Below are positions 46,403-59,673 of a stretch of 64,000 nucleotides of DNA, one piece after another. Made by a program: the position numbers and the translations under genes. The number at the start of each line of letters is the position of its first letter. Positions within the stretch are counted from its first letter, which is position 1. The stretch comes from Pristiophorus japonicus (lineage: Eukaryota). Under the pieces are notes generated by a model. The model had not been told where the DNA came from and did no database searches. It saw only the letters and a list, made by a program, of their open reading frames with translations. The stretch spans positions 87,110,001-87,174,000 of the forward strand of contig NC_091994.1 in NCBI RefSeq assembly GCF_044704955.1, written 5' to 3'.

Positions 46403-46826
46403 CTGCAAGAAGAAAACACACAATTGTCACTTCCTGGAAGAGAGAAATCTGCACAATTTGTTTTTAAACCCTGGCATTGTTTAGCTGGGAATCTCCCATC
46501 CCTAACCACCGGGTATAGTATGAATTCTTCAGTAACCCAACTAGAGGTTTTTATTGCCCAGTGAATGAGGTACTTCTTTTGAGTTTGCTGGTGGTTGGGT
46601 GAGAAGGTTAAGAGAGAATAAAACAATCAGAGGGAAGCTTCCCTGGACTCGTCTTATTCACTGCCTAATGGCTAGGTTCTGAATGACAGACAGAAAGATG
46701 AGCGCAGGCTGTCCCCGTGGTTTTAGCCATGGATAGTGAGAGGTGCAAGGAAAACTGTAAAAACGAGGCAACAAATAGCTACAAAACACTAAAGACCCTG
46801 GAGCAGTTAAACTGTGCAATACTCAC

Positions 46827-46923
46827 ATTTCTATACGTAAGCAGTCTCTCGATCACTGGGTGGTTGTGCACTGGGATCCGCTTTGCTTTCAGTACCAGGT
46901 AAAAACTGACGTTTGTGCAGTAG
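46827..46923 (-). CDS. UTP3: UTP3 coding exon 11
   Basis: YCTNVSFYLVLKAKRIPVHNHPVIERLLTYRN, Sas10/Utp3/C1D domain. Confidence 0.96.
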
Positions 46924-47588
46924 CTACAGATCAGAGACATATTAACAAATAAATCATAAATGGTGTTTGAAAGTTTAAACAGAAAAAGTGAAGTGTAGAA
47001 AATTGCAGATCTGCAAGACATTACTGTTGGCACTGCAAATTATTTTCTATATACAGTACTTCCTACCCATGTACAGTATTTTAAATATATAGTTCTCAGA
47101 CATAATTCAAGATATCCCCATTCTTCCTCATCAGTGGTTATTCCACGGTGACAGCTCCCCACTACAATGTTGCTGGAGTTTCCATGGTGCTGAAGTCCAA
47201 CATTTTCACCTGTGGCGCACACCATTTTAGCAGATAACCAACAAGCAGTAACCAAGGAAGTAAAGTGCACACACACACACAAATTAAAAAAAAAACACTT
47301 AAGACACTCTGCTTTTCATCTCATCATCAAATGCACAAAAAGGTGAAAGGATCTTATGACACAAGCATACACCATGCGAATACGAGTATTGAGATCACAA
47401 GGTGTCCATTACTGTTTATTTAGTAATCAAAAATGCAATTAACCACATTTGGATTCCCAATTAGCCACATATGGTGGCTAGTGGCCAACATATTGGACAC
47501 CCGCTATTTATAGCATCTGGTTGATCTCCCACCTCATTATTCCCTGGAAAGGGCACACACTCACCAAAGTACTACAAAAGAAACTTAC

Positions 47589-47629
47589 TTCAGGTACAGA
47601 TGGTACTTTGTCTGCACATAGTTGGCACC
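47589..47629 (-). CDS. UTP3: UTP3 coding exon 10
   Basis: GANYVQTKYHLYL(N); 41 nt, phase 0 to 2. Confidence 0.93.
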
Positions 47630-47730
47630 CTGTGAATAAAGGGAGAACAATTATTGCAGTTTGATCCAGACAGCCTGTACACCCCTCTGTCCCCTCCCTG
47701 CCACATGTGGTTCTTTTGTTCCCATCATAC

Positions 47731-47802
47731 CTTCCCTGCAGGAATCCTCCCACTCTGCACCATCAACATCAGTGGCTGCAGCTCATCCCTCAATTCTGCA
47801 AG
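47731..47802 (-). CDS. UTP3: UTP3 coding exon 9
   Basis: LAELRDELQPLMLMVQSGRIPAGK; 72 nt. Confidence 0.94.
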
Positions 47803-48833
47803 CTGCAAGAGACAAATCAGAAACTAATGTACTGCTTCTCAGAGAAACTTATCACCGACAGTCTTAATGTCAATCCACAGTCCGAACAAGTAGCCCACAA
47901 GTATCTAAAACAGGAATGCCCATGCTTTCTGCCTTCCTAAGCCACTTCCTAAGGGGAAGATTGATGGTTACAAAAGTCAGGCACCTTGTGCGAAGGGGAA
48001 AATAAATCTGGGAGACTGTATTACCATCACACAATTTCACATCTCAGAGGCTGCACACCAAAGATTGTGGCAACTGATCAAAAAAAAAGACAGTCGACAT
48101 CCAAATATGCATCTTATCCAGGATGAAGATGCATTTTGGAATTTTAAAAACTTTTAAAATTCAGCTATCTTTGAAAGTTGTAAAAGCGTATGGATTCAGC
48201 AGCGAACCCCAAATCTGTGCTTTCCTGAAAATTGAGCTGCTGCCAAATTTTCCTTATAACCGGCAGTTATACTCAGACAAAAAGAACATTAAGAGTCAAC
48301 CTGGAATAGTGTTCACATTACTAATCCCCAAAAACAAACTGTAATTCACGGCAATGTTGGAAAGAGGCAAATCCTGTGTATTAAAGTCAAGATTCCATTT
48401 CAGCTATTTTCGCTCCTCTTACCATCTTCCTACAGCATTGATACCAGAGAGATTGGGTGACCTCTTCTCATCTAGAGGTAGGATCAGCCAAGCAACTGCC
48501 TCCTGTCTGCAAAAGTTATCCAGCCTGTTCACAGATTAGATGTGACGTGGAATGCAGCAAGGACAGTAGGCCTAAATGAGCATCGTATCACTCCAGAGTG
48601 CTCTGAAAATCCGTACTGGAAAGCAGTCACATTCCGGTCAATAATCTTTACATCACAGATGAGGAGCTCCCAGTGAAATCATTTTTGGCTGCGCAACTCC
48701 TGGCTAGTTTTTTTTAAAAAACTGTTTTATTACACTTCATGTTTATTTATTTTTAATCTTTTCTATATGCTATCTAACATCATCCAGGAAACACAGCAAA
48801 ACAGATAAATAAACCAAGAGAAGCTTTACAGAC

Positions 48834-48986
48834 CTTTGCTTTAAAGTCTTGAATGAGTTCCAGAAGCTCTGGCGACTCTTTCCTCAGTAGTTTAATCTTC
48901 TCTTTCTGGGACATTTTCTTCAAATCTTTTTTGATTTTCGGATCCTTTTCTGTTCCTTTCTCTGCTTCCTGCTCCTGGGCAAATGC
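48834..48986 (-). CDS. UTP3: UTP3 coding exon 8
   Basis: AFAQ..KDLKKMSQKEKIKLLRKESPELLELIQDFKAK; 153 nt. Confidence 0.96.
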
Positions 48987-50754
48987 CTGTGACAAAAACA
49001 CTCCAAATAATGAAATCTGCCCCCCTGTATTTCTAGAAAACACTGTCTCCTTTGAGATAGTGTCATGGGTGCTGGCAGTCCTCAAGATGCCTCACCCCAC
49101 TGCTCATTCTGCATCTGCGCACGTGTTGGCAGGATATCTTCTCACCCGATATCCACACAAACCTTGCAGCATGGACGGTAATCAGAAAGAGCAGGAATCA
49201 TGGCCAATTTCCCTCCATCCTATACAAAGGTGCACTGAGCCCAATTGTAGTCTCCCATCTGATAAAGATCAACTGATGGGAGAGGGGCAAAAATCAGATT
49301 TAAGGAACAAAAAGCCTTTCCTTTTTGGGATTTGTGCCTTAAATCCAGCACCAACAGTGGAGATGAAGTCTCTGGACAGAGGGATATTGCACTAGTACAG
49401 AGCTTCTCTCATCTCTAGGATTTACAGACAAGTGCAGCTGAGAAAATGGGGAAATGAAGATCCCTTTTAGATAGTTATTTAAGGCTCTCAGTGAAGCAAG
49501 CTTGTGTAATTGCAATCTAGTCCTCAGTAGCTCGAGTTTTACAGCTCAAAATTCATGTATAGACACATAAAAGAATGGTTAAAGATGAAAACAGCATTGC
49601 TTATTTTACATGGACCAGAGCTCGCAACCCTTCAAATTTAGCAACAGCACTCAGATACCATAGCCAGTATTGAACTGAGCTAACTGCTACACAAAGGGTT
49701 GTGCTTCAGGTGCAGTGTGGATTTAAAACACACAAGGCACTCTCCCTGTACGTGCTGCCTGTGACCTATTTCCATGTAGTGTGATTCATTCCTCACCTTC
49801 AGACAGAGTTCAACAGCACAATTCATATTAATGGGAGGATCAGATGGGGTAAGGGGGACGGGACACTTGTGGTGCATGTTATTATAACATACAACGCAAG
49901 TATAAAAGGAGACCTAGGGTCACTGCAGCTCAATGATCCTTTGAAGAGCAGAGAGTGATGGGGACCTCAACATTACAGCCAGGATAGGGCAGAAGGTGCA
50001 CAAAACAGACACCAAGCAATTTTTATAGGGAGACTAGGGCGGGGGGAAAGAGAAAGAGGGGGAATCATTCCAGACTGCTCTGATGCCTTTTCTAATGATT
50101 GTCTGAAAAGGGACACGGGAGCAAATGTTGGTTCATCAAATCACAATATAGCAAGTCTTACACTTAGACCCTGATTACAATGTCACCCAACATACATTGT
50201 GTTCAAACAGAGAATGATTACAAATGTCAGGATGACACATGGCTGGATCTCACATTATAGGACACAGTGGCTCGGGCTCCCTTCCCCCACCACACCCACC
50301 ACTCGCAGTTGATTTTTTTTGCCAGATCGGACAGGCAGATGCAGAAATTAGACTCAGGTAATCACTCTGCCTTGTTCCCGCCACTTTCTATGGGTCGGTT
50401 CCACCAGGACAAACCGCGCCTGCCCATGTGGGTGGACACATTTCTAAGGCATTGCATGCCAGAAATACGGCGGGCGTCAAACAAGCATTGTAAAAGCAGA
50501 TGAAAGTCAAGCCGCACTGGAGATGCGCCGTAAATCCAGTGGTAGGGGATGAGAGGAAGCAGAAAGCCTATACTAAGTAGTTGTTTTAAAAAAAAAAAAC
50601 ATGTAGTAAAGAAACACACCAGTGATATCTAATGGTCAAACATTACTTCAATTAAATCAAAAATAAGTTGATGGAAGGGTGAAGAGGGGAATCTGCGTCC
50701 ACATTGAATCCGGTGCCAAAACCACTTTTCAACCTCAATCTCTGCTGCTGTTAC

Positions 50755-50876
50755 CTGAATAAGGTCGAGTCCAAAGTCATCCTCTGTCAGATTCTCTGCC
50801 AACCGTTTCTGAATTTTCATCGCCTCTTCTTCCTCCTCCTCAGCTTCTGCCAGTGCCACCTCCTGACCCTTACCAC
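50755..50876 (-). CDS. UTP3: UTP3 coding exon 7
   Basis: GKGQEVALAEAEEEEEEAMKIQKRLAENLTEDDFGLDLIQ; phase 1 to 0. Confidence 0.94.
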
Positions 50877-51544
50877 CTGCAAGTGTGTAAACAAGCAGAT
50901 ACTGAGGATCTCACCATGATAAATTCCTGCATCTCCCTGCTTACACCAGTAAATGCTCACCAGGATGGTGAGATGCAAAACAGAAAGTGCAAGATTATGA
51001 CTTTCTAGGAGGAAACTGGACTGATTGTGAGAGAGAACTTGGCACTAAAACTTGGGAGGTTCAATCTCTCGTACTGGAGAACGAGAAGCAACAATACCTG
51101 CAAACTCCATTATGTTGCCGAACATGCAAGGGGTCATGCGTCCCCATTTGTTGTCATTTTCAACGACACACAGTATCAATACAGTCAGACATCATTCTCA
51201 CCGGTGCTCATACAAAGCACCTCAGGTCACATTCCAAGAAAGAGAGGAAACCAGCCCGGGAACAAATGAATGAATACATCCCAGCATAGGTTAGCTCACA
51301 TCAAATGACATAGCCAGTGACTTGAGTGTTGCCAGTTCTGACGAAAGGTCCATCTGAAACATGAGCCCATTTCCCCTTTCTGGTGATAATTGATCTGCTA
51401 TATTTTTAATTCTAAGAGTGGGGAGGGATGCTCTCTGTGCAGTATATGCAAGACAAAAATCAGAAATTTGTCTATAAAGGACTAGTTTACAATTCTGTTA
51501 CACGCATTGTGTGATGGATCAAGAGGGGAAGTTACTATACTTAC

Positions 51545-51619
51545 GTGGTAGCTCGTCGACATAGTCTGTGTTGTAATAGGCCTTCTTCTTCTGACCCCAG
51601 GCCAACACGTTGGGAAGGC
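51545..51619 (-). CDS. UTP3: UTP3 coding exon 6
   Basis: LPNVLAWGQKKKAYYNTDYVDELP; conserved WG..K..YY.TDY motif; phase 1 to 1. Confidence 0.95.
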
Positions 51620-52275
51620 CTGCAACATAAAAACCAAGTGAAGCAAAAGTGAATTTTACTGTAAAGGAAATATTCAGTGCCTGCAGCAGAACAGTTTCTG
51701 GTACTTCACCAGGTACAGTTTTAGGTAGAGATGCAAGCTTCCAGGTCAGATGATTCATAAGCATAGCAAAAGAAAGTTTGGCAATATCAGTTTCTAAAAA
51801 AATACTAACATTTAGAAGAAAATCTTGTAGAATTTAATAAATATGTAATTTGTGATGGATATCAACAAGAAGAAATGGGAATGGCAACCTCACTCCTCAG
51901 CCAGGAATCTGTTCCTTGAGAGCGGCCAGACATGTAAATGGCATCTGTTTAACGTTAGATGGGATTACTTGGTTCTATTTACTTCTTGTATTGCAGAATG
52001 CAGTTTCTGCCACCAGAGGTCATTACAGCACTCATCTGCAGGGCTTCAATAAAAGCTAGTGGGAAGTACAAGAGTGAGAGTACCCCAGCACTTGATATTT
52101 TGGTGCTATGGCTCTGGACCAATTCATCAATCCCCTCCCTGCAATCACAGGGATTTCCCCCGTTGGAGGTGATCCTGCCCAATGGAATTCCAGAATGGGG
52201 AGTGGAAAGTAACTGGAGTTTTGCTGAAACTGGATGCAGTATATAAAATCTGATGCATTGCAGCACTACACTGAC

Positions 52276-52393
52276 CAGCCTCCAATTTGCCCTCGAGGTC
52301 ACTATCCATGTCAACCTCTTCCTCATCTTCCGCATCATCCTCATCTTCCGCATCATCATCAGAGTCAGGAACCTCCAGGGGCATTACCTCGTC
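52276..52393 (-). CDS. UTP3: UTP3 coding exon 5
   Basis: DEVMPLEVPDSDDDAEDEDDAEDEEEVDMDSDLEGKLEA; phase 0 to 1. Confidence 0.93.
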
Positions 52394-52957
52394 CTGTTTA
52401 AAAGGACACAATAAGTAGATCAAATAGCAAAAATTAGGGGGGGGGGGGGCGGGAATGCTAATTGTTTGTCACTACATTAATTTCTATCAATATATTTATG
52501 CCACGTAATAACCCAAGGGAAATGAAGATGAAGGCACTATATACTGGAAACAATAGCAACAAACACAAGAACGCATGGACAGTTTCCTTCTAATTCACAC
52601 CCAGTGAAGAGTTCAACAGTGCAAGATACCAAAGCTAAAATGTGTGTGGAGAGAAGGCGCAGTAAATCAAGAAGTGGCATTAAGATTATGAAACAGATGG
52701 GAGGAAGTGAAAATTATAAAAGGGCCTGACCACTGCCTCGAGAGAATGGAACATTCTTGTAGGATTTAGGAGGGACTGACAAGTGGCAGTGGTACTACCC
52801 CAGGTAATCCAAGAGGTTCCACCACCTGTTCTTCACAGAACGGGAAACCCAACTCTACCTTCTAATGGAGTCGAGGAATTCGCAGAAGTCACGATCATTG
52901 TCAAAAATCAGCTCACTAGACTTGCCCTGTATAGACACAGCATCTTCCGTATCAACT

Positions 52958-53375
52958 GTGGCTCAGTGGAGCACTCTCGCCTCGGAGTCAAAAGGTTGTG
53001 GGTTCAAGTCCCACTCCAAAGACTTGAGTAAAAAAAAAAAATCTAGTTTGACTCCAGTGCAGTACTGAGGGAGTGCTGCACCGTCGGAAGTGCTGTCTTT
53101 CAGATGAGACGTTTGGTGTTCACCAAGGCCCCGTCTGCTCTCTCGTGGACATAAAATATTCCATACACTATTTCAAAGAGTTCTCCCAGTCTCCTGGCCA
53201 ATATTTATCCTTCAACTATCACCATAACAGATTATCTGGTCATTATCATATTGCTGTTTGTTGGACCTTGCTGTGCTGTATTACCTACATTACAACAGTG
53301 ATTACACTTCAAAAGACTTCATCGGCTGTAAAGCGCTTTGGGATGTCCGGAGGCCGTGAAAGGTGCTATATAATT
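52958..53375 (+). mobile_element. Deu-type tRNA SINE, uninterrupted copy
   Basis: TGGCTCAGTGG A box, GGTTCAAGTCCC B box, conserved central core and L2-like tail. Confidence 0.85.
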
Positions 53376-53551
53376 GTGCCTTTCTTTCCTTCCAGTGGAA
53401 TCCTGCCTTCCCATCTCAAAGAGGATGCATTGCAAGACCTTTTTAGAAGTTTTTTTTTCTTTATCCAACAGAGACAAATCAGTAAGATTTTTTGAGATCC
53501 TGCAGCCGCCACAGGGTCCAGTGTCAGCCCAGGAGAGTTGGTCACACCCAC

Positions 53552-53608
53552 CTCGCCCGCTGAGTCTTCACTCGCATTGTCCAGCACCACTCCATCATCC
53601 AGCAGCTT
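53552..53608 (-). CDS. UTP3: UTP3 coding exon 4
   Basis: KLLDDGVVLDNASEDSAGE; ttacag and gtgggt boundaries, phase 0 to 0. Confidence 0.85.
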
Positions 53609-53904
53609 CTGTAACACAAAATGTCAGCGCCAGCACCAACAATAAGCATTATCTGGGTTTAAAATGTCTGCACCCGAGCATCAAAGCACTAATATTATTT
53701 TGCTGAAAAACTGGCAAATGAATGCATTCCAATTTCCTTTAAAATTACCTTCTATAAAAATGCCTCCCCTTCCCTCCACCACCACCCCCCCCCCCCCCCC
53801 AAATCACACACATGCAAAGTTTTGGTTAACGACTCATTGTTTCACTTTGAAAAGTCTGTAACAATGCACATATCTAACCACAGGACAAAATACCATGTGC
53901 AAAA

Positions 53905-54000
53905 AAACCTCAGAAAATGCTGGAAACAGGTCAGGCAGCATCCTTGGAGAGAGAAACAGAGTTAATGTGAGTTCTGGCGAAAGGTCACCGACCTGAAATA
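53905..54000. mobile_element. Penelope pLTR remnant (inverted arrangement)
   Basis: AGAAAATGCTGGAAA..GGAGAGAGAAACAGAGTTAA as at 6940-7002, followed by the oppositely oriented hammerhead-like segment. Confidence 0.7.
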
Positions 54001-55525
54001 TAGCCGAGCTGGGATAGTGACAGGCTAAGTGAGTCGGCAGATGGACTATAATGTGGGAAAATATGAGGTTATCCACTTCGGCAGGAAAAATAAAAAAGCA
54101 AATTATTATTTAAATAGAGATTACGAAATGCTGCAGTACAGACGGACCTGGGGATCCTTGTGCGCAAAACGTTAGTGTGCAGGAAAAGCAAGTAATCAGG
54201 AAGGCAAATGGAATGCTGTCCTTTATTGCAAAGGGGGATGGAGTATAAAAACCGGGAGGTACTGCTACAAGTGTATCATCATCATCATAGGCAGTTCCTC
54301 AGAATTGACGAAGACTTGCTTCCACTCTTAAAATAAGTCCTTGGGTGGCTGAACAGTCCAATATGAGAACCACAGTCTTTGTCACAGGTGGGACAAATAG
54401 TCGTTGAGGGAAGGGGTGGGTGGGACTGGTATGCCAGACTCTCTTTCTGCTGCTTGCGCTTGATTTCTGCATGTTCTCGGCAACAAGACTCGAGGAGCTC
54501 AGCACCCTCCCGAATGCACTTCCTCCACTTAGGGCGGTCTTTGGCCAGGGACTCCCTGGTGTCAGTGGGGATGTTGCACTTTATCAGGGAGGCTTTGAGG
54601 GTGTCCTTGTAATATTTCCTCTGCCCACCTTTGGCTCGTTTACCATGAAGAAATTCAGAGTAGAGCGCTTGCTTTGGGAGTCTCGTGTCTGGCATATGAA
54701 CCATGTGGCCTGCCCAGCGGAGCTGATCAAGTGTGGTCAGTGCTTCAATGCTGGGGATGTTGGCCTGGACAAGGTCGCTAACGTTGGTGCATCTGTCCTC
54801 CCAGGGGGTTTGTAGGATGTTGCGGAGACATCGTTGGTGGTATTTCTCCAACGACTTGAGGTGTCTGCTGTACATGGTCCGTGTTTCTGAGCCATACAGG
54901 AGGGCGGGTATTACTACAGCCCTGTAGACCATGAGATTGGTGACAACTGTATAGAGTATTGGTGAGACCACACCTAGAGTACTGCGTACAGTTTTGGTCT
55001 CCGTATTTAAGGAGGGATATACTTGTATTGGAGGCACTTCAAAGAAGGTTCACGAGGTTGATTGCTGAGATGAAGGAGTTGACTCATGAAGAAAGGTTGA
55101 GCAGGTTGGGCCTATACTCATTGGAGTTTAGAAGAATGAGAGGTGATCTTATTGAAACAAATAAATTACTGAGGGGCTCGATAAAGTAGATTCTGAGAGT
55201 ACGTTTCCACTCGTGGGGGAATCTAGAACTGGGGGCATAGTTTAATAAGAGGGCGCCCATTTAGAATTGAGATGAAGAGGAATTTCTTCTCATTGGTTGT
55301 AAATCTGTGGAATTCTCTGCCCCAAAGAGCTGTGGAGGCTGGGTCATTGAATATATTTAAGGCGGCGATAGTCAGATTTTTGAAAGATAAGGGAGTTGAA
55401 GGGTTATGGGGAGCGGGCAGGGAAGTGGAGCGGAGCCCAAGATCAGATCAGTCATGATCTTATAGAATGGCGGAGCAGGCTCAAGGGGCCGAATGGCCTA
55501 CTCCTATTTCTTATGTTCTTATGTA
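54001..55525 (+). mobile_element. CR1 3' region with nested RTE
   Basis: VRPHLEYCVQFWSP..RRMRGDLIET; tail CTTATGTTCTTATGT. Confidence 0.9.
54277..54942 (-). mobile_element. RTE LINE 3' fragment
   Basis: MVYRAVVIPALLYGSET..QLRWAGH..CPTC; (CAT)n tail; TSD ACAAGTGTAT/ACAACTGTAT. Confidence 0.92.
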
Positions 55526-55753
55526 ACCAACTCTGCTCCCCAAATTGCCAGAGCTATTGCTATTTAATAGGAACTTCCATTATTGTCCATCCCTCCCCAC
55601 CCTCTAACCCTGCTTCACCTGAAGATTACACTTGTTTTGATTCCCCAAACAATACCATGGGAGATCAACTAACACACAATCCCATCTGTGTTAGCAACAC
55701 ATCATTTTCTTGACTGCAAAGGGTTACAGTCATGTGTAATGTTTCAAACTCAC

Positions 55754-55810
55754 CTTGAGCTTCTTCTGATGAAATTCATCCACATCATCATTAAAATATT
55801 CCGAGGAGTT
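55754..55810 (-). CDS. UTP3: UTP3 coding exon 3
   Basis: NSSEYFNDDVDEFHQKKLK, matching the D.VD.FH motif of UTP3. Confidence 0.93.
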
Positions 55811-56659
55811 CTACAAAGGGGAGAAAAAGAAATGAGTGCTTTCATGTCAAACAGAACTGTAGCTGCCCTACTTTCCACTTAATTGTCACAATTACACACA
55901 TCGTCGTCCCATCCCCATCTGCCCCCAATATGGCAGCCAATTGTCTAGAAGCACGGTATTGGGAGAAAATTGATCATGAAAAATTCAAAGACGGTTGATA
56001 ATTGTGAATACCACTGCAGCGATATAAACCATGCAATGACACACACTGGGGAACTTTAATTATTTAACTGTTTCAGGTCTTTAAGAAAATGATTGCCATC
56101 CCAATCCCCTTGGTTTCCCAGCCAAACAACACCGACTGAAAGTGTGTGACCTGCTCCAAGGCCTCCATCACAGTTGCCAGAAGGGGTGCAAGTATGATCC
56201 CATCTGATTTCCCTTGCCCTTCTGGGAAGAGTTCGCTTGCCATTGCCCCACAGATACACTGCTGTAAACCTTATTACTATATAAAATGTCATTTAAACTT
56301 TCATCCGAGGGATATTAAAGGGAAGTTTCGATTTTGTTCCCAGAAGCCACTTTCATTCTTTACCTGATTCTTCATATAGAAACAACAATCTGTGAACACA
56401 GACACATCTACAGGAGCCACGCATTTTACTGTTAACTCAACCTCAAGCAATTTTAAATCATCCTCAGGGTGGGAGTTCTGTCCATTCTTGGCTTACTCTC
56501 AAAACGCAGAATACCTGGAGCAGAATACAGCAGTGTGGCTATAAACTAATGCTATTAAATACAAAAGCATCAGGAAAGGATAATGCTGAATATTTGAGAA
56601 CACTTTCCTGTATTTCACCTTTATGAGCACATCTCAAATAAAATTCGCACCAAAAAAGA

Positions 56660-59425
56660 CAAGGTTAACAACTTGCAGTTAAACAGCACTTTCAACATAT
56701 AAAACATCCCAAGGCACTTTACAAAGAAATTATAAATGGGCAAAAAAAAATCAATCCATGGGAGAGAGTAGGGCTGAGGTGACTGAAAGCTTTGCCGTCG
56801 GTGGTGTCGAAGGGAGGAGGATGTATCGGAGGTCAGAGCTGGAAGACTGAAAGGTGCAGGAGACGATGAATGGCTGGAGGAGTTTGCAGAGATAGAATGG
56901 AATTAAGCTCTGCAAGCATTTGACGATGAGGACTAGGAATTTAAATTGAATGGGCTTGTGTGTGTGTGGGGGGGAGGGGGGGTAAGAAACTTGTAGGGCA
57001 GGTGTGATGAGTGAGCTGAACTTAGTGTTTGACAGGATACAGGCAGCTGTGTTTTGGACCGGTTGCAATTTATGGAGGTTGGGTGCAACCAATTACAGAT
57101 GATGTTGATATTCAAATTGTAAGTTCTGACGGCTCCACGACAAGTTAAAGAAGAGCAGGGAGATTGTTGGGTGTCCAATTCTAGCCTCTTTAATTGCTTC
57201 ATTTAGTTTATATTGCCTATCCTCATTCTTCCTACCAAAATGTATCATTTCACACTTCTCCGCATTAAATTTCATCTGCCATGTGCCATGTGTCTGCCCA
57301 TTTCACCAGTCTATGTCCTCCTCAAGTCTGTTACTATCCTCCTCAAGTCTGTTACTATCCTCCTCATTGTTTACTGCATTTCTGAGTTTTGAGTCATCGC
57401 CAAACATTGAAATTATGCCATCGCCAAACATTGAAATTATGCCCTATATACCCAAGTACCAGTTATTAATATAAATCAGAAATGAACAATGGTCCCAAAA
57501 CAGACCCGTGGTAAACCTCATAGTATACAACAACTATTTGCATTCATATAGCGCATTTAACACAGTAAAACATCCCAAGACATTTTGCAGAAGTATTATC
57601 AAACACAATTTGACACCGAGCTACATAAGGAGATATTAGGACAGTAGGTTTTAAGGAGCGTCTTAAAGGAGGAAAGCGAGGCGGAGGTTTAGGGAGGAAA
57701 TTCTAGAGCTTAGGGCCTGGGCAGCTGAAGGCACAGTCGCCAATGGTGGAGCGATTAAAATCGGGATGTTCAAGAGGGAGAATTGGAGGAACACAGATAC
57801 CACGGTGGATTGTAGGGCTGTAGGAGATTACAGAGGTAGGAAGGGGCGAGGCCATGGAGGGATCTGAAAGCAAGGATGAGAATTTTAAACGGAAGCCAAT
57901 GTAGGTAAGGAGCCCAGGGGTGATGGGCGAACGGGGCTTCGTGCGCGTTAGGTCACGGGCAGCAGAGTTTTGGATGATCTCAAGTTTATGGAGGTTAGAA
58001 AATGGGAGGCTGGCCAGACGTGCAGTGGCATAGTCAAGTCTTGAGGCTATAAAGGCATGGACGAGGGTTTCAGCAGCAGATGAGCTGAGGCGGAGTCGGG
58101 CAATGTTACAGAGATGGAAATAGGTGGCCTTAGTGATAGCGTGGATATACTGTCCTCCGGTATGAAAAACAGCCCATCACCTCCGATGTTCCCTGTAATT
58201 TTCTTTGGGCCCGCAGCCCCTTTAACAGGCTGTGTGGCCCATTCAAAAGACCTTGCTTGCACGTTTTCTCAATTTAAAAGCTGGCTCACTGGCTTGTGTG
58301 GGACCCTTCGAGTGCTGGGCAGCTGCACAGCTTAAAGGCACATTGTTCACCACTACTCTCTGCTTTCTGTCCCTTAGCTAATTTCGCATCCACATTGCCA
58401 CTGTCCCTTTAATCCCGTGTGGCGCTTTGTCAAACACCTTTTGAAAGTCCACATATACATCATAAACCTAAGAACGTAAGAAATAGGAAACGGAGTAGAC
58501 CATACGGCCCCTTGAGCCTGCTCTACCATTCAATATCATGGCTGATCTAATCATGGACTCAGCTCCACTTCCCTGCCCACTCCCCATAACCCCTTATTGT
58601 TTAAGAAACTGTCTATTTTTATCTTAAATTTATTCAATGTCCCAGCTTCCACAGTTCCCTGAGGCAGCGAATTCCACAGATTTACAACTCTGAAGAAATT
58701 TCTCCTCATCTCAGTTTTAAATGGGTGGTCCCTTATTCTAAGATCATGCCCTCTAGTTCTAGTCTCTCCCATCAACAGAAACATCCATCTTGTCAAGCCT
58801 CCTCATAATCTTATACGTTTCGATAAGATCACCTCTCATTCTTCTGAATTCCAATGAGTAGAGGCCCAACCTACTCAACCTTTCCTCATAAGTCAACCCC
58901 CTCATCTCTAGAATCAACCTAGTGAACCTTCTCTGAACTGCCTCCAAAGCAAGTATATCTTTTCGTAAATATGAAAACCAAAATTGCATGCAGTATTCCA
59001 GGTGTGGGCTCACCAGTACCCTGCTTCCCTGCTTTTATACTCAATCTCCTTTGCAATAAAGGCCAAGATTCCATTGGCCTTCCTGATCACTTGCTGTACC
59101 TGCATACTATCCTTTTGTGTTTCATGCACAAGTACCCCCAGCAATCTTTCTCCATTTAAATAATAACTTGCTCTTTGATTTTTTTTCTGCCGAAGTGCAT
59201 GACCTCACACTTTGCAACATTATACTCCATCTGCCAAATTTTTGCCCATTCACTTAGCCTATGTCCTTTTGCAGATTTTGTGTGTCCTCCTCACACATTG
59301 CTTTTCCTCCCATCTTTGTATAGTCAGCAAACTTGGCTACGTTACACTCAGTCCCTTCTTCCAAGTCATTAATATAGATTGTAAATAGTTGGGGTCCCAG
59401 CACTGATCCTGCAACACCCCACCCA
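56660..59425 (-). mobile_element. Cluster of L2 and CR1 fragments
   Basis: L2 near 56660-57100 and 57530-58150; CR1 near 57185-57530 and 58340-59425 (PHLEYCMQFW, VAKFADYTK). Confidence 0.8.
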
Positions 59426-59576
59426 ATCATCAACCGCACTATTCCCGTGAACCCGCTCCGTTACTTCTGTCTAAATCCGTAAGATTTTAAGTCACAAGGA
59501 CACCAATTCAAATTACTAAAATATATGAGCTCACCCCAAGTTATTTAAAAAATTTACTCATCCCTATAATACTCAC

Positions 59577-59673
59577 AACATTTGGATTTGGTATTTTGCT
59601 GTAGGCCTGAGGGTCATCACTATCATCCTCCACTTGCTGCTGCTGCTGCTTGGGATTCTTTCTGCTGGACCTC
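59577..59673 (-). CDS. UTP3: UTP3 coding exon 2
   Basis: RSSRKNPKQQQQQVEDDSDDPQAYSKIPNPNV; tttgcag and gtgagt boundaries, phase 2 to 0. Confidence 0.88.

Noticed and set aside
57315-57443. 21-bp and 24-bp tandem duplications
   Set aside because: Local slippage duplications inside a decayed CR1 fragment.
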